A DNA stretch of 64,000 nucleotides from Octopus vulgaris (Eukaryota): assembly GCA_951406725.2 (NCBI GenBank), contig OX597818.1, forward strand, positions 104,780,001 through 104,844,000. The letters are read 5' to 3'. The translations under genes and the position numbers were made by a program. The notes beneath the pieces are model-generated. The model saw only the letters and a list, made by a program, of their open reading frames with translations. It ran no database searches and was not told the origin of the DNA. This document shows, piece by piece, positions 14,599 to 28,466 of this stretch. Each line of letters opens with the position of its first letter. Positions within the stretch are counted from its first letter, which is position 1.

Positions 14599-14770
14599 TG
14601 CTCTTTTCAGCAAGTTGAACGATCACAAAAGATGTTGTTTTTTTTTTTATTGGCTGACCTTTAAACTTGTATTAAAGCAGGTTTTCTTTACTTTTTTCTG
14701 GCTTTCCTCATTTTACTTAACTGTTTTGGTTTCTTTCCCTCTACTTCACCCATATATGATATGAAAAAGT

Positions 14771-15183
14771 AGAGTGGCTATGTGGAAATTAGCTTGCCTA
14801 TCAACCACATGGCTTGCTTATCAACCACACGGGTTCACTCCCACTGCGTGGCACCTTGGGCAAGTGTCTTCTACTATAGCCTCGGGCCAACCAAAGCTTT
14901 GTGAGTGGATTTGGTAGACGGAAACAGAAAGAAGCCCGTCGTATATATGTATATATATATATATACGTGTGAGTATGTTTGTGTGTCTGTGTTTGTCCCC
15001 CCATCATCGCTTGACAACCGATGCTGGTGTGTTTACGCCCCCGTAACTTAGCGGTTCGGCAAATGAGACCGATAAAGTAAGTACTAGGCTTACAAAGAGT
15101 CCTGGGGTCGATTTCTTCGACTAAAGGCGGTGCTCCAGGATGGCCGCAGTCAAATGACTGAAACAAGTAAAAGAGCAAAAGAG
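14771..15183 (+). mobile_element. SINE family A
   Basis: Matches the other family A copies. Confidence 0.9.
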
Positions 15184-16639
15184 CTCATGTATCACATAGT
15201 TTCAAGACGCAACGAAAATTTTAGGAAAATAAAAATAAGAAATAAGTGGAAAATTTACCGGCGAGTGTGTTACATTATAAGACACAAAAAGAAAACGACT
15301 CTCCCCAGACACAACAGATTAAGAACCTTAATATTAATTTAACGTTAAAGTTCTTTAAATCTACATTAAGGGAAATAATCCAAGCACAAAATTAGTGAGA
15401 AAAGTTATGAATAATTTTTCACCCAGAACAAATTTCTCTACTGGAATCCTCGAATTTCTCTTTGGAATCCAGAAATTTTACTACGGGGGTAGAAATTCCT
15501 TTCGTTTTCCCATAAGAAATTTCTCCGTAAGAATTTCCGTTTTAGAACAAAGCTAAAAATTCTTTTTTTTTTTTTATATATATTTATACGGTGCGTTACG
15601 TAATTTTCCAGTTATATTAATACACAACACATCTCGAATTAATAAAAAGAAATATTAGTAATTCGAAACAAAATCTGAAGGGCTTTCAGCTATGTCCGAT
15701 GCTCATCCATTTGTAACAATTCACATCATTATATATCTTCAGATATTAAGGATTAGAAGGCGGTAGAGTGCCAGAAATGCTAGGGTTTTGAATGAGATGC
15801 CTTGTGGTATTTAATTACGACTCATTACGCTCTCATTTCAAACTACCCCCTACCGAAGTTATAGCTTTAATTTTCATTCCTCTCGAATCGTTATAATAAT
15901 TATCACTAAAATAAATACCATGATTATACTGTAATCGCCATCGTCATCGTCCTCATCATTTTCATCGTCGTCGTCGTCGTTGTCGTCGTCGTCGTCGTCG
16001 TAGTCATTATCATACTCCTCAAGATTATTCTGATTTGTAATTCAATCAGTGACACAAAAGAAATCAACTAAAAACTACTACTACTATATATCTGCTGGTG
16101 ATGCCCCTGTTGTTGTTGATGACACAACTACAGCTACAGCTCCTTCTTCTCCTCCTCATACTAATAATGATAATATTAATAATGATGATGATATTGTTTC
16201 TACTATTTCTAATGTTATTACTGCCAATACAACAGCCGTATCTCCGGTTACCCCCTCCCCTGCCATTTCATTATAATTTGAAATTCTGAAAACTCTCCAC
16301 TGAACATGCCTTTACATTTATCGTAATGTATAATTGAAGCATTGGAGACAGGTTGGATGCATGCGAAGATTATGATGAAGCCTTAAAAATGCACGAAATT
16401 ACAGGAAAGCAAATATAAATACGGCGTTATTAACAGCGAAGCCGAGGTCACGTCATGCTGGCTAAAGTTGGATAAATATATGCGGTGTTTGACTAGATTT
16501 TGTAAGGATCATAAAGAGAAATTCACCTCTAACCTCAAATGCAGACTTATTAACCTTTCTATGAACGATTTTGTGAGGTTCTGTGAACATATCCTAAATA
16601 GTATTAACTGCAAGACTAGTAAAGTTTCTAATCCACAAC

Positions 16640-17330
16640 ACTGAAATAAAACTAGAATTATACATATACTGGATCCACAAGATCAAAACAAATGTAAATT
16701 CACCCATTTCAATAATGTTGATTTCCACTCGTCTATTTCCAAACCCCCCAACACCAGTGTATTGAGATGTTAACAAATATATAGTACTAAGAACGACAAA
16801 AATATTCGTGCCTGAGCAAAGCTGCTCTTTAACAAGTATATTACGAAGTAAAAGAAATATTTCAATGATTATTTTATTAAAGCAGAGCAAAAACATGGGA
16901 AATTGCTGGTTGAATAACTTAGATATACTCAAATTTAACTTGGAAACCTTAGCCATAGGGTTGTACAGAGATGACGATTTTACTGTCTTGTACATTATTA
17001 ATAGATACAGGTTATATAGCATCAGGAAAGACTTAATCAATATTTTCAAATAGCTGGATTAATATTATAGCATAAATATTATAGCATTAATATTATAGCA
17101 GCTTCGTACATGTGCATAGTCAAGTTCTTAGAGACTGGCAAATATAAATTTCACAGAAACCTTAATAAATAATTTATGTATAACTGCAAAATGTCTAACG
17201 AACCCTTATCATTTTAGAGAATTGTACAACATATACAAATTTCTAACAGATCATTAAGTAAAAATTACGAGGTAGAGTAGATAGTTAATATAAGACTTTA
17301 GAAAATGATAGTTCCGAAGAAAGAGAAATA
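16640..17330 (+). pseudogene. Highly decayed Penelope-like (Naiad-like) RT fragment
   Basis: Contains IGLYRDD, the same catalytic motif variant as the element at 27684-28304. Many indels. Confidence 0.6.
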
Positions 17331-18340
17331 GTTTTATATCTAAGAATGTGAAATCAACGAAGAATATAAACACCAAAGAAAACGTAACTGTAACCGAAAT
17401 ATTATCTATTTCACATATACTCTTTCCTTTGATCTTAGGGAGAATTTTCCAAATTTTCTTAATTATATTTAAAATGGCTGCCTTGTTGAGAATAAACATT
17501 GCAATCTTTCTAACCAGCATGACACCAAAGAAAGTTCTAGTTCATTTTCTAATAGCTGCAATATCATTGCAAGAAGTAACAGTTCTAAACATGGAGATGT
17601 ACCTAATGACACAATGCAAGAAGCTACCCTGCACATGATATTCAGATTGGAACTCAACCATCCAAACTCGTAAGTAGGAGAGTTAACAATGGATGTGATT
17701 ATAAATTTGGCGAGGTAATGCCTTCTAACCGTCATGTAATATAGACGCGGTAGTTTATCCAGTAATGACTCCTTTTCCCACGTAGTGGAACACATTGTGT
17801 AATATGGCCAAAATAAGGAAGGTGGGGAAAACATTTCAAGACTTGTTATGCAAATCAAAAATCTACTTTGAAAGAAGCAAGAAAGGGGAATGTTACAGCT
17901 TTGTCTGGTTATATACAGCAACTAAAGAAGAATCACATTAATTTCTGTATAAATAAATTTCCGAATAAATAAAATTTCAGATACAGCATCCTGTTAATTC
18001 TGCTTCATCTGATAGTATTGAAGTTTTGAAAAATGTATTGTAGAGCTTTCCGAGTACGTTCCAAACCAGATTTGGAGTATACGGTAGCTGCGATGTAGAG
18101 AATCGTTTCTGTGAAAACACAACCAGAAATTCACTCATAAGTTGGTAAAACATTTATTTAGAGCTAATAGGAAAAAGCCTGGCAAGTTAGTGACATGCGC
18201 AGAATTGTGTATAATCTATAACTAAGAAATTTGAATTTATTGGAAACACGCACACTACTTTTTTAGCCCCTCACTTTCTCTTTGGTAAGTATACCGTTTG
18301 AGATATTTTCTTACAAATTTTTCGTACATATTTCATACAT

Positions 18341-18538
18341 ACTCTTTTACTTGTTTCAGTCATTTGACTGCGGCCACGCTGGAGCACTGCGTTTAGTCGA
18401 GCAAATCGACCCCAGGACGTATTCTTTGTAAGCCTAGTACTTATTCTATCGGCCTCTTTTGTCGAACCGCTAAGTTACGGGGACGTAAACACATCACCAT
18501 CTGTTGTTTAGCGATGTTGGGGGACAAACACAGATACA

Positions 18539-18626
<88 letters not shown>

Positions 18627-18788
18627 CGACGGGCTTCTTTCAGTTTCCGTCTACCACATCAACTCACAAGGCTTTGGTCGGCCCGAGGCTATAGTAGAAG
18701 ACACTTGGCCAACGTGCTACGCAGTGGGACTGAACCCAGAACCATGTGGTTGGTAAGCAAGCTACTTACCACATAGCCTCTCCTGCGC
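18341..18788 (-). mobile_element. SINE family A
   Basis: Full-length reverse copy. Confidence 0.9.
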
Positions 18789-18987
18789 ATATGCATGTAT
18801 ATATTTTGGATATTTCTAAATGTATTTCTTTACACGTCCTTCAACGTTCTTTGAAGACCTTATATATATATTAAAATATCGTTGGTGTTTTGTTTTTTTA
18901 ATTTTATATCTCTCCTTACATGAATCGATTCTGTTGTCTTTGTCGCTGTAAAAGTATATAACGTTTTTTTTTTCTGAACTTCTACTA

Positions 18988-19223
18988 CAGGGTTTTCAAA
19001 AAGTCTCTCCGCAGTAAGAATTTTATTGTTTTGGGGCGATTCTTGCACACTGATTCTTTACTTGCTCCCCAGAAAAAAAAATCTGGCGGTGATAAATCAG
19101 ATAATATTGGTGGCAAAAGTCCCTTCGAAATAATTCATACACCGAAAAACTCTTGAAGTAGGACCATGGTGATGCGAAGGATGAAAAAAAAATTCACTGC
19201 GGAGAAACGTTTTGAACACCCTG
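18988..19223 (-). mobile_element. Internally deleted Tc1/mariner-superfamily element (MITE-like)
   Basis: TA-flanked TIRs cagggttttcaaaaagtctctccgcagt and actgcggagaaacgttttgaacaccctg. The internal minus strand reads LPPILSDLSPPDFFFWG, similar to WPPRSPDLxPxDFFLWG. Confidence 0.8.
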
Positions 19224-20090
19224 TACGGGTAATTCTTCTTCCATCTTCATTGCTACTCTTGGCCCCTTTTTAAATCTATGCGAGACGCTTATCCTAGGCC
19301 AGGTCGTTAACAAGTTGCTGCGTTTTCTTTAAATGCAGTAAGCGGTCTTCTTTGTCTAACTTTCCCTCTTTTTATGATGGATGATTACACTTACTCTCCG
19401 ACCCGTCTTTTCTCAATACTTGGTTTTATAACTTTTCCTTGCAGTAGGTCAGACCACGTACATAAATCGGCACGGAACTTGCATATTTTTATATCATTAT
19501 CTCGCTTTCTTTACATCTCTTTACACACTAACACTACCTCGTCTTCTCCTGTGCCATTACAGCTCATTCTTTATTTCCTTCCTTTTTACCTAGCAACATA
19601 TTTCCCTTTTCCTTATTCTTCATATCTTATTTTCTAGTTGATGCATTTACTTCACGTGACCTTGAGTTCTCTCTTCTACATTTTAAAATAACTCTCCGTT
19701 TACCTTATCTTACTCTTCACTTAGATTTCTTTACATCAACCTTACATTTTGTCACTATTTATTCTTGGAAATTACTTCTTCCTTCGCATTTGGCAGTTCT
19801 TATACGGTGTTTGATGCATGAAGTTACTTAAGTATCATCATACATGTATATTGATATTACGGTTGCTTGGTACGATTCAGTAATATTGTCGTAAGATGTT
19901 TACAACTTATTGAATATTAAGCATAATAATATTCACAATTCAGATGATATATCGAAACAGCTGTGAAGATTTGATTATATTATGGAAGATAAAGTGACAA
20001 CTTGTATAAATATATTACATCAATAATTGTTTGTTTTTCATTTCTCTGTATGAGTGTGTGTGTGTGTATGAGCATAAATGTACGTGTGTA

Positions 20091-20130
<40 letters not shown>

Positions 20131-20356
20131 TTTTCCTTGCAGTAGGTCAGACCACGTACATAAATCGGCACAGAACCTGCATATTTTTATATCATTATCT
20201 CGCTTTCTTTACATCTCTTTACACACTTACACTACCTCTTCTTCTCCTGTGCCATTACAGCTCATTCTTTATTTCCTTCCTTTTTACCTAACAATATATT
20301 TCCCTTTTCCTTATTCTTCATATCTTATTTTCTAGTTGATGCATTTACTTCACGTG

Positions 20357-20417
<61 letters not shown>

Positions 20418-20450
20418 TACACACGTACATTTTTACATTTATGCTCATAC

Positions 20451-20516
<66 letters not shown>

Positions 20517-20527
20517 ATATATATATG

Positions 20528-20558
<31 letters not shown>

Positions 20559-20637
20559 ATACTCCCTAATATTATTATATATATATATATATGTATATAT
20601 ATATACATATGTATATGTAAATATATATAAATATACG

Positions 20638-20705
<68 letters not shown>

Positions 20706-21249
20706 AGTGTATGTGTGCGTATATCATAATTGTATATATTTACAGTCATATAGCCAAACTTACGTACATACGGCTACATTCTTAAAAACATACACGTAAC
20801 ACACATTCACATATTTTGGCGCCTCTAAGCCACTGACAGAATCACAAAGGCTTGCATCAACTTATGTAAACACCAATGTAGAGAAGCGAGCGCATGCGCA
20901 CAAAAGCGCATTCACAAGCACACATCATGACATCATTACATTGAAAGCCTACTAACACGATAGGAATGTTGAGTCAACGCGCAGCATAAAATAGCAAACA
21001 AATCCCCCTCAAATCACATCATGAATAATGTAATCACAACTAACAGATAATTAATTCATGCGTTCAAACTGGCGATAATAACGAATTAGATTAAATAGAA
21101 GCAGAGTCATGGCTGTAGAGTCGATAAGATTGCCTGGCAGGAACATGGATTTGCTTTCACTACAGCCTTGGACTAATCGATGACTTATCAGTGATATGTA
21201 TGTGTGTGTATGTACGTATATGGGCATGTATGTATTAGAAAATCAAAGG

Positions 21250-21492
21250 TTCTTCCCGAGTCAAAGGTTTAAAAGGCAGGTTTCCCGGATCCTGAGCCGT
21301 ATACAAACCCCCATTCTGGAAGGGACGCCGATCCCACCCACCATTGCACCTTTTTTGCCAAGTGAGTGGACTAGAATAGCGTAAAATGAACTGTCTTGCT
21401 CAAGAACTCAATGTATCCCCTGGTCCAGGAATCAAAGCCACAATCTTACGATCATGGGCGCAACACCCTAATCACAAAGCTACATGCCCCCG
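21250..21492 (-). mobile_element. SINE family D, diverged
   Basis: Similar to 31259-31505. Confidence 0.6.
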
Positions 21493-21633
21493 CACACACA
21501 CACTGGCGCGCACGCATATATATTTATTAGTGACGTGTATATATGTGTGTGTATGTGTATACATATATATATATATATATATATATAGGAAGAAATGGAG
21601 CTGAACGAAGATTTAACAAAATTCCTTTTTATT

Positions 21634-21719
21634 ATTTTCTACATATGTTTCAAAAGCTGCAAAATCCCTAATTCGGATTGAATAAGGAGTCCATTTTGCA
21701 GCCTTCTCTTCAGGAAAAT
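21634..21719 (-). ncRNA. Type I hammerhead ribozyme, mirror copy on the minus strand
   Basis: Exact reverse complement of 21889-21974. Confidence 0.85.
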
Positions 21720-21888
21720 CCAGGAACTTAATTCTCCAACAAAATGCACAGCAAGCTTTTCTACAAACGCTCACGAGGAGCCCATGGGATTAAAAAAAAA
21801 AAAAATTTTTTTTTTTAATCCCATGGGCTCCTCGTGAGCGTTTGTCGAAAAGCTTGCTGTGCATTTTGTTGGAGAATTAAGTTCCTGG

Positions 21889-21974
21889 ATTTTCCTGAAG
21901 AGAAGGCTGCAAAATGGACTCCTTATTCAATCCGAATTAGGGATTTTGCAGCTTTTGAAACATATGTAGAAAAT
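21889..21974 (+). ncRNA. Type I hammerhead ribozyme (PLE minimal type, long stem II)
   Basis: Stem I attttc/gaaaat, core CTGAAGA, 14-bp stem II gaaggctgcaaaat/attttgcagctttt, GAAA, palindromic stem III acatatgt, cleavage triplet GUA. Confidence 0.85.
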
Positions 21975-22178
21975 AATAAAAAGGAATTTTGTTAAATCTT
22001 CGTTCAGCTCCATTTCTTCCTACACTAAATATATAAAACTTCAAATTTCCGCACTAAGGCACGGGTTTGAGACCCCATGGTCGTAACCTCAACCGTGATT
22101 TTTCTGTTGTGATTTTTGCTACCCCGGTATCGGTTATCATTTGAATAATCCGTAATAAGATAATTCATTTATCTACTT

Positions 22179-22226
<48 letters not shown>

Positions 22227-22232
22227 CTACTT

Positions 22233-22300
<68 letters not shown>

Positions 22301-22526
22301 GATGCGATGCGTAAATTGTTGCCATATTACATTTTTAATTTCGCACATGCGCTTGTTTGTTTTTGAATTTCTCGACTTTATCGTAGGGTTAGTTGGGCAC
22401 CGTCTATGAGAAGACCATCACCATGACGCAATTCACTCAGTCAGAAATTTCGAAACGGCATACTATACTAATGCTCGATGTACGTACGCATGTATGTCAT
22501 TATTCAGTTTATTTCAAGAATAGAGA

Positions 22527-22655
22527 AAGCCTAGTACTTACTCTATCGGTCTCTTTTGCCGAACCGCTAAGTTACGGTTGTCAAGCGATGTTGGGGTAAC
22601 AAGCACAGAAACACAAACATACACACACACAAACACACACACAAACACACACACA

Positions 22656-22725
<70 letters not shown>

Positions 22726-22887
22726 CGACGGGCTTCTTCCAGTTTCCGTCTACCAAATCCACTCACAAGGCTTTAGTCGTCCCGAGGCTATAGCAGAAGA
22801 CACTTGACCAAGATGCTACGCAGTGGGACTGAACCCATGACCATGTGGTTGGTAAGCAACCTACTTACCACACAGCCACTCCTGCGC
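22527..22887 (-). mobile_element. SINE family A, 3'-truncated
   Basis: Matches family A. Confidence 0.88.
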
Positions 22888-23549
22888 ACTGAACTGTGTA
22901 TTCTTTTTTTTATTATCTTTATAATTTGTATATATTTATCTTATTATAAATACAAAACAACATCACGGAGGAATCGATGTATGCTTAAACAATATACCGC
23001 AATAGGTGAACCGCGATGTGGCGAGGGATTACAGTAATCAGAATTTATAACAGTTCCCCGCGACCTCTTAGACTTAATATAAATCGGAACTAATTCGTGA
23101 TTTATGGATGCCAATGCATCTAATTTTAGCTGCAATTTCGAATCATGAGTCATTTAATATTGGTGCCTCCGACATATATCAACTGAAACCTTGATTAGAC
23201 TAGAAGAGCGTCTCCACATTTAATTTGTTGTAAAAAATCTCAACTTGATTATTCATAAAAAAAAATAATTTGTTTAGAGGGGGAATAGCAGATTTTATGA
23301 CCTGTTTGATTTGGTCTCCAAATAGTGTGAGAGGAAATAATTGGCACGTACATATCAACACATTCAAAGGCATACGCGTTTGAATAAGCAAATGTAAACG
23401 TAGACACAGACACACACACACACACACGCACGCACGCACACATTGGAAACTCATATACACACTCAGATACATACATACATACATACATACATACATACAT
23501 ACAGACAGACATACATACATACAGACAGACAGACAGACAGACAGACATT

Positions 23550-23612
<63 letters not shown>

Positions 23613-23662
23613 GATAGATAGACAGACAGACAGATAGACAGACAGACAGACAGATAGGTAGT

Positions 23663-23756
<94 letters not shown>

Positions 23757-23795
23757 CACAGACACACAGACACACAGACACACAGACAGACAGAC

Positions 23796-23858
<63 letters not shown>

Positions 23859-23892
23859 CAGACATTTTCATTATTAATTTTTGCGAAGGAAA

Positions 23893-23985
23893 GGTTAACA
23901 GTGACTTCGAAGTTTCGGCTTCCTCGCCACCATCAGACACTCAGATGACGGAGAGCAAGCCGAAACTTCGAAGTTACTGTCAACC
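23893..23985. ncRNA. Two degenerate hammerhead-like motifs back to back in a short inverted repeat
   Basis: Minus strand: CTGATGG-t-ggc(gaggaa)gcc-GAA-acttcgaagt-c. Plus strand: CAGATGA-cgg..gcc-GAA-acttcgaagt-t. Inverted arms are 24-29 bp. Confidence 0.5.
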
Positions 23986-24088
23986 AGCTTCTTCTAAAAC
24001 TATTTTCAAAATATATGCAATAGTAGTTTTAAGTAATCCTTCAGTAAATGTTAAACTGTTTTTAAGTAAATCTTGACAAAAAACATTA

Positions 24089-24138
<50 letters not shown>

Positions 24139-26453
24139 TTGTGTGTGTGTGTATGTGTGTGCGTGTGTGTGCGTGTTTGTGTATTGCAATGCATCAAATG
24201 TTTGCCCTCTTCTACTAAAGCATTAGTTTAATAAGCTAAGGTCATTCTTATAAATAGCAATGAATCAAGCAACAATATAATGATTACAATAAATCTCAAA
24301 GATGAGCTAACACCCACTTCTCTGAATATATTTGGAATTTAAAAGATAACTATGCTACCAATTGTAAAACATGTTGTTTTAACACAGAATTCGTGTCCCA
24401 TAATTATGGTCTTGGGGTGTTTGATCTTCATTTTTCGGAGAACTCTAACACCCTGGTATAGTCTTATTTTTTAAAATTTTCAACTAAATCGGAGTTGCTG
24501 ACTTCTCACAGATACTTCTATTTATGTTAATTGAGAAATTTCCAAATACTGAATATAATAATAACAACTACATTCAATCATTCATCAGCATTAAAGTTTC
24601 ATTAATAATAGCTACCTTCCTGGCTTTCGTGTGTTTCACACATATGATACTAATGACACGAAAATGTCACGTATTTTTGTACACAAATAGAATATAACAC
24701 ATGTTTGGTGGGCGTTACTTAAATGAATGTGTGATCCCTTTCCACAAGGTTTTTTTTAGGCAATAAAATCTCGATGAGTAATCATGCTTTTAGGTGGTCG
24801 CAAATATCTTTTCTTATATATTGTTAAGCTGTTTGCCTGTTTCTTTCATTTGAATAATAGGAACCGTGAAATTTAGTGCTATGATTCAAGAAGCTTCAAG
24901 TTTTAATAAAATACGTCCTTAGTCTTTTTTCTAGATACAATCGTTCACCAATATATATATACACATTTATGTATATGTATAAATGTGCATGTCTGTATGA
25001 GTGTTCTTGAGTGAGTGTATGTGTCTGTGTGAATTTTTGTATGTATGTGTGTGTTTTTGTATATGTGTATGTATGTTTTGCTAACCACAGGAGAAAAGCA
25101 GTCAATACCAGATGAAAATTTAATTGTATTTATTCGCCTGGTGCACGCTTTCTGGATCTATCTGATTTTAATGGTAATCTGTTATGAAAACGACACTAAT
25201 AAAATCCATGATGGCACCAGGACCTCGCCGCTTGATTGGTTAAGAGTTACAGGGTAGGTTTGGCAATTCTTAGCAGAAGAAAATTACAGCTGAAGGTTGT
25301 TCATAATTGGTAAAGGCAGAAAAATATTTTCATTATAAAGGAAAACAATTTTATTTCTCTTAAGATAAGAGTAATCTACAGTTTGGTTTGAATTTTTTGT
25401 ATGGAATTTGAATATAGAATTCCTCAGTAACTCAAGTATCAGTTGTAGATGCAGCCAATTTCCAATACCAAATTCACTCGTGCAACAATATGTTTAAACG
25501 CTTGGAGGTCGTATGTTTTTGATTAAGACAAGAAGAAAATGTTTTGGTTTTCATGTTTAGAATATCACCGGACATGATCAGAAAATTGAGCTTCTTGATT
25601 ACGCATAGATGATAAAAGCTACAAACGACCGCTTTATCCCCTTCCCTTTGCGACAACAGTCTAATTTATCGTGTAAATATGCCTATATTTTTTTCATTCG
25701 AAACAAATTTTGAAAGTAATGCAGTATCGCTCTTACTTCAAGGTGTAAAACTATGTATGCAGTTTTAAAAGTATTGTGTATGCAGTTTTAAAAGTATTCC
25801 TGGTTAAAATATGGATGTGCTTTGTGTATGCAGTTTTAAAAGTATAACCTGGTTATATATACTTTTACTTCGTCATTCTCCTCTGCTCTGTATATCATCC
25901 ATTCAACAAGCAACATAGGTGGGGTCGTTAGACCAGAACAGGAGGAAAATAGTGAACGCTGGGAGAAACATGTTTTGAATATAGAAAAGATAGAAGAGAC
26001 AGAGAAATACACGTCCGTTCGATTAAAAGTCCGTGCAGGAAAAAATATGCTCACCTGAAGAAAAGAAAGATTGACGATGGTCACGTGTGAGGAACGAGAG
26101 AGAGAGAGAAAAGAGAGAAATAACGGGAGAGAGAGACAGATAGAGAACGACGAAGGAGGAAGGAGGAGAAAAGGGGAATTAGAGAAGGATGGAGGAAGAA
26201 AACAGTATAGAGTAGAGATTGGCATCAAAAAAGGTGACGATAAACTTACTTGGAAATGTATGTATCGCGTTCAATTAAATAATATATAATGTATATGCAT
26301 ATATGGGTATAGGACGTCACAAGCGGTGCAAATAACATAAAATACGTAAACAAACGAGGGAAAAACGAGGGAAATATTTAAACAACGAGAAAAAAATGGA
26401 AGGCAGGACAAGTTAACAGAGAAAGGACTCTATATGTACATATATGTGTGTGC

Positions 26454-26599
<146 letters not shown>

Positions 26600-26642
26600 T
26601 AAATGAAAGAATGGAGTCGAACGACGATTTAACAAAATTCTT

Positions 26643-28330
26643 TTATTCTCGACATATGTTTCGAAGATGATTGGAAATCCTCTGGGATAATTTAGAAGCA
26701 GTCGCCCCAACATAGAAGAAGACACCGGTACCGGAAGAAACCCTACACTGGTAAATGGAATTTCTAATTTTGGAATTACTGGACAAGAACTTTAATCTGT
26801 TAGGGTTTACCTCCGAGACTAAGACGAAGTTTTTATTGTTATGATTGCTGTTAATATAACTGCTAGCACTGACCACTATATTATTTCTATTATTGTTATT
26901 ATTATTATTAATTGTACTATCGCCTGTAATATCCCTGACTATAGAAATGCTGCCGTTGTTATCATCAATACTACCACTGTTATTAGAAATGCTGTCGTTG
27001 TTACCACTAACACTACCACTTTAAATGCCAACGCTGTTATGAATGTTGCTATTATCAATACTATTTCTATTATTATTATTGTATGTTTGGTTGGAATTGT
27101 TAAGAATAGTGTTGTAACTCCCGGGTGAAGAATCCTTGTTTAGCAGCTTGTTATTATGGGAGGCAATAATTTGCAATAGATTTCTAGTGTTGGAGAATGC
27201 AATCCTTACCTTATGCGAATTGATAGTAGAGTAATACCTAGAATTCCTAGGAAAGTTCCTAGCTACGGCTTCACGGAACTGCAAAGGAAGGTTTTACTTG
27301 ATTTGTTTTCCGAAAGGTATGACAAACCAGATATAGTTTTTAGTGGACTTAGAATCGTTCAAAGTGTTACCAGTTACATTAAAGGGATTATTTCTGTGCT
27401 GGAAAATTGGGGTTGGTTGCCGATTGCCTCCCCTGGTTCGTAAATTATTTTTCTTAAATATAGTGGTGCCGACGTTGTTAGAGCTGAAATCATTATTCTC
27501 ACTATTTCTATTGTTATTAGTTTTCTTATCCTGAGAAGTATATATAGGTTTAGAATGGGCCGGGTCGTTATATGATATTTTATCTCTATAACCGGCTTTT
27601 GACAAGGCGGCGTTATAAAATTCCGCTTTCTGGTTAAAGATGTCGACATTAGCAGATAATTTTAACAGTCTTAAGGAAATATTTTAAACTAAATTATCGG
27701 TAATATTTTTGGCATGGTTACTGAAAATGGTGATATATTTAAGATTAGTAGAAGGTTTATGATAAGGAAAGTATGAATTATTCTGCAGATTTAGGGTAAC
27801 ATCTAAGAAGTTGGCTTTAGTTAATTCGTCGTCAAAAACTATGCTCAAGCCCATTCTGCTAAAAAATCTAGCTAATCTGTTCTTAATCTTCTGTATCCTA
27901 TTGTTTGGAGCATTCTGGAGGTAAAGTAGACAATCGTCTCGATATAGACCGCCACAAATGTCCGGAAATTGGTCGGACAATTCATAGAGAATATAGATTC
28001 CGACCAAATCTGCTATCTGGGCGCTGTCTGTACTTCCCATGAGCACATCGAACGCGTTGGGGGTATCTCTGCGGACCCACAACTTATTATCGAACTGTAT
28101 GAAAGATTTTCTAGCTGCTAATATCACGTTAATATCTTCCCTGGAGAGGCCTGCCTTATTATGTGCGTGCCATAGGGCCTTATTGAGTACACTAGGGTTT
28201 ATCGAAGGGTAGAAACTAGATATATGGAATTGTATAAATTTTGTGTTGTCCTTATTAGTAATAGAAGTAAACCACTCTACGACCTGAGTGGAGTTAGACC
28301 ACAAGCTGAGTTTTAACTTATTGATTAAAA
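26643..28330 (-). pseudogene. PLE reverse transcriptase + GIY-YIG endonuclease, single frame with three TAA stops
   Basis: RT motifs: LWSNSTQVVEWF, FHISSFYPSI, VLMGSTDSAQIADLVG, GLYRDD, NFLDVTLNL. GIY-YIG: SIYQC...FFYVGAT...RISNH. The ORF pieces at 28304, 27605, 27284 and 26876 share one frame. Confidence 0.9.
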
Positions 28331-28385
28331 TAGGTAGTCATCTAAAAGTTTTTGTTCGTCATGATGCTGACATAAGTTCCTTGTC

Positions 28386-28466
28386 TTTCCTGATGAGAAG
28401 ACGGCATAATGCACCCTTTATTCCTTCGGAATTAAGAATATGCAGTCTTCGAAACATATGTCGAGA
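28386..28466 (+). ncRNA. Type I hammerhead ribozyme in the PLE terminal repeat
   Basis: tttc-CTGATGA-gaagac(g)gcata...tatgc(a)gtcttc-GAA-acatatgt-C-gaga. Cleavage triplet GUC. Confidence 0.85.

Larger units (their letters stand above)
21586..22180. mobile_element. Non-coding fold-back Penelope-like derivative (437-bp palindrome plus 3' extension) inside (TA)n
   Basis: 21586-22022 is a near-perfect inverted repeat. The right arm and its tail are homologous to the terminal repeat of the PLE at 28386-28662. Confidence 0.85.

Noticed and set aside
14801-15178. Recurrent peptide [29 protein letters not shown] as a gene family
   Set aside because: It is a reading frame through SINE family A, with variable starts and frameshifts between copies.
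17660-18250. Possible DNA transposon relic (also considered for 22281-22500 and 25300-25680)
   Set aside because: I could not confirm an unambiguous catalytic motif or paired TIRs by eye.
26643-28330. Selenocysteine read-through in the PLE ORF
   Set aside because: All three internal stops are TAA, not TGA.
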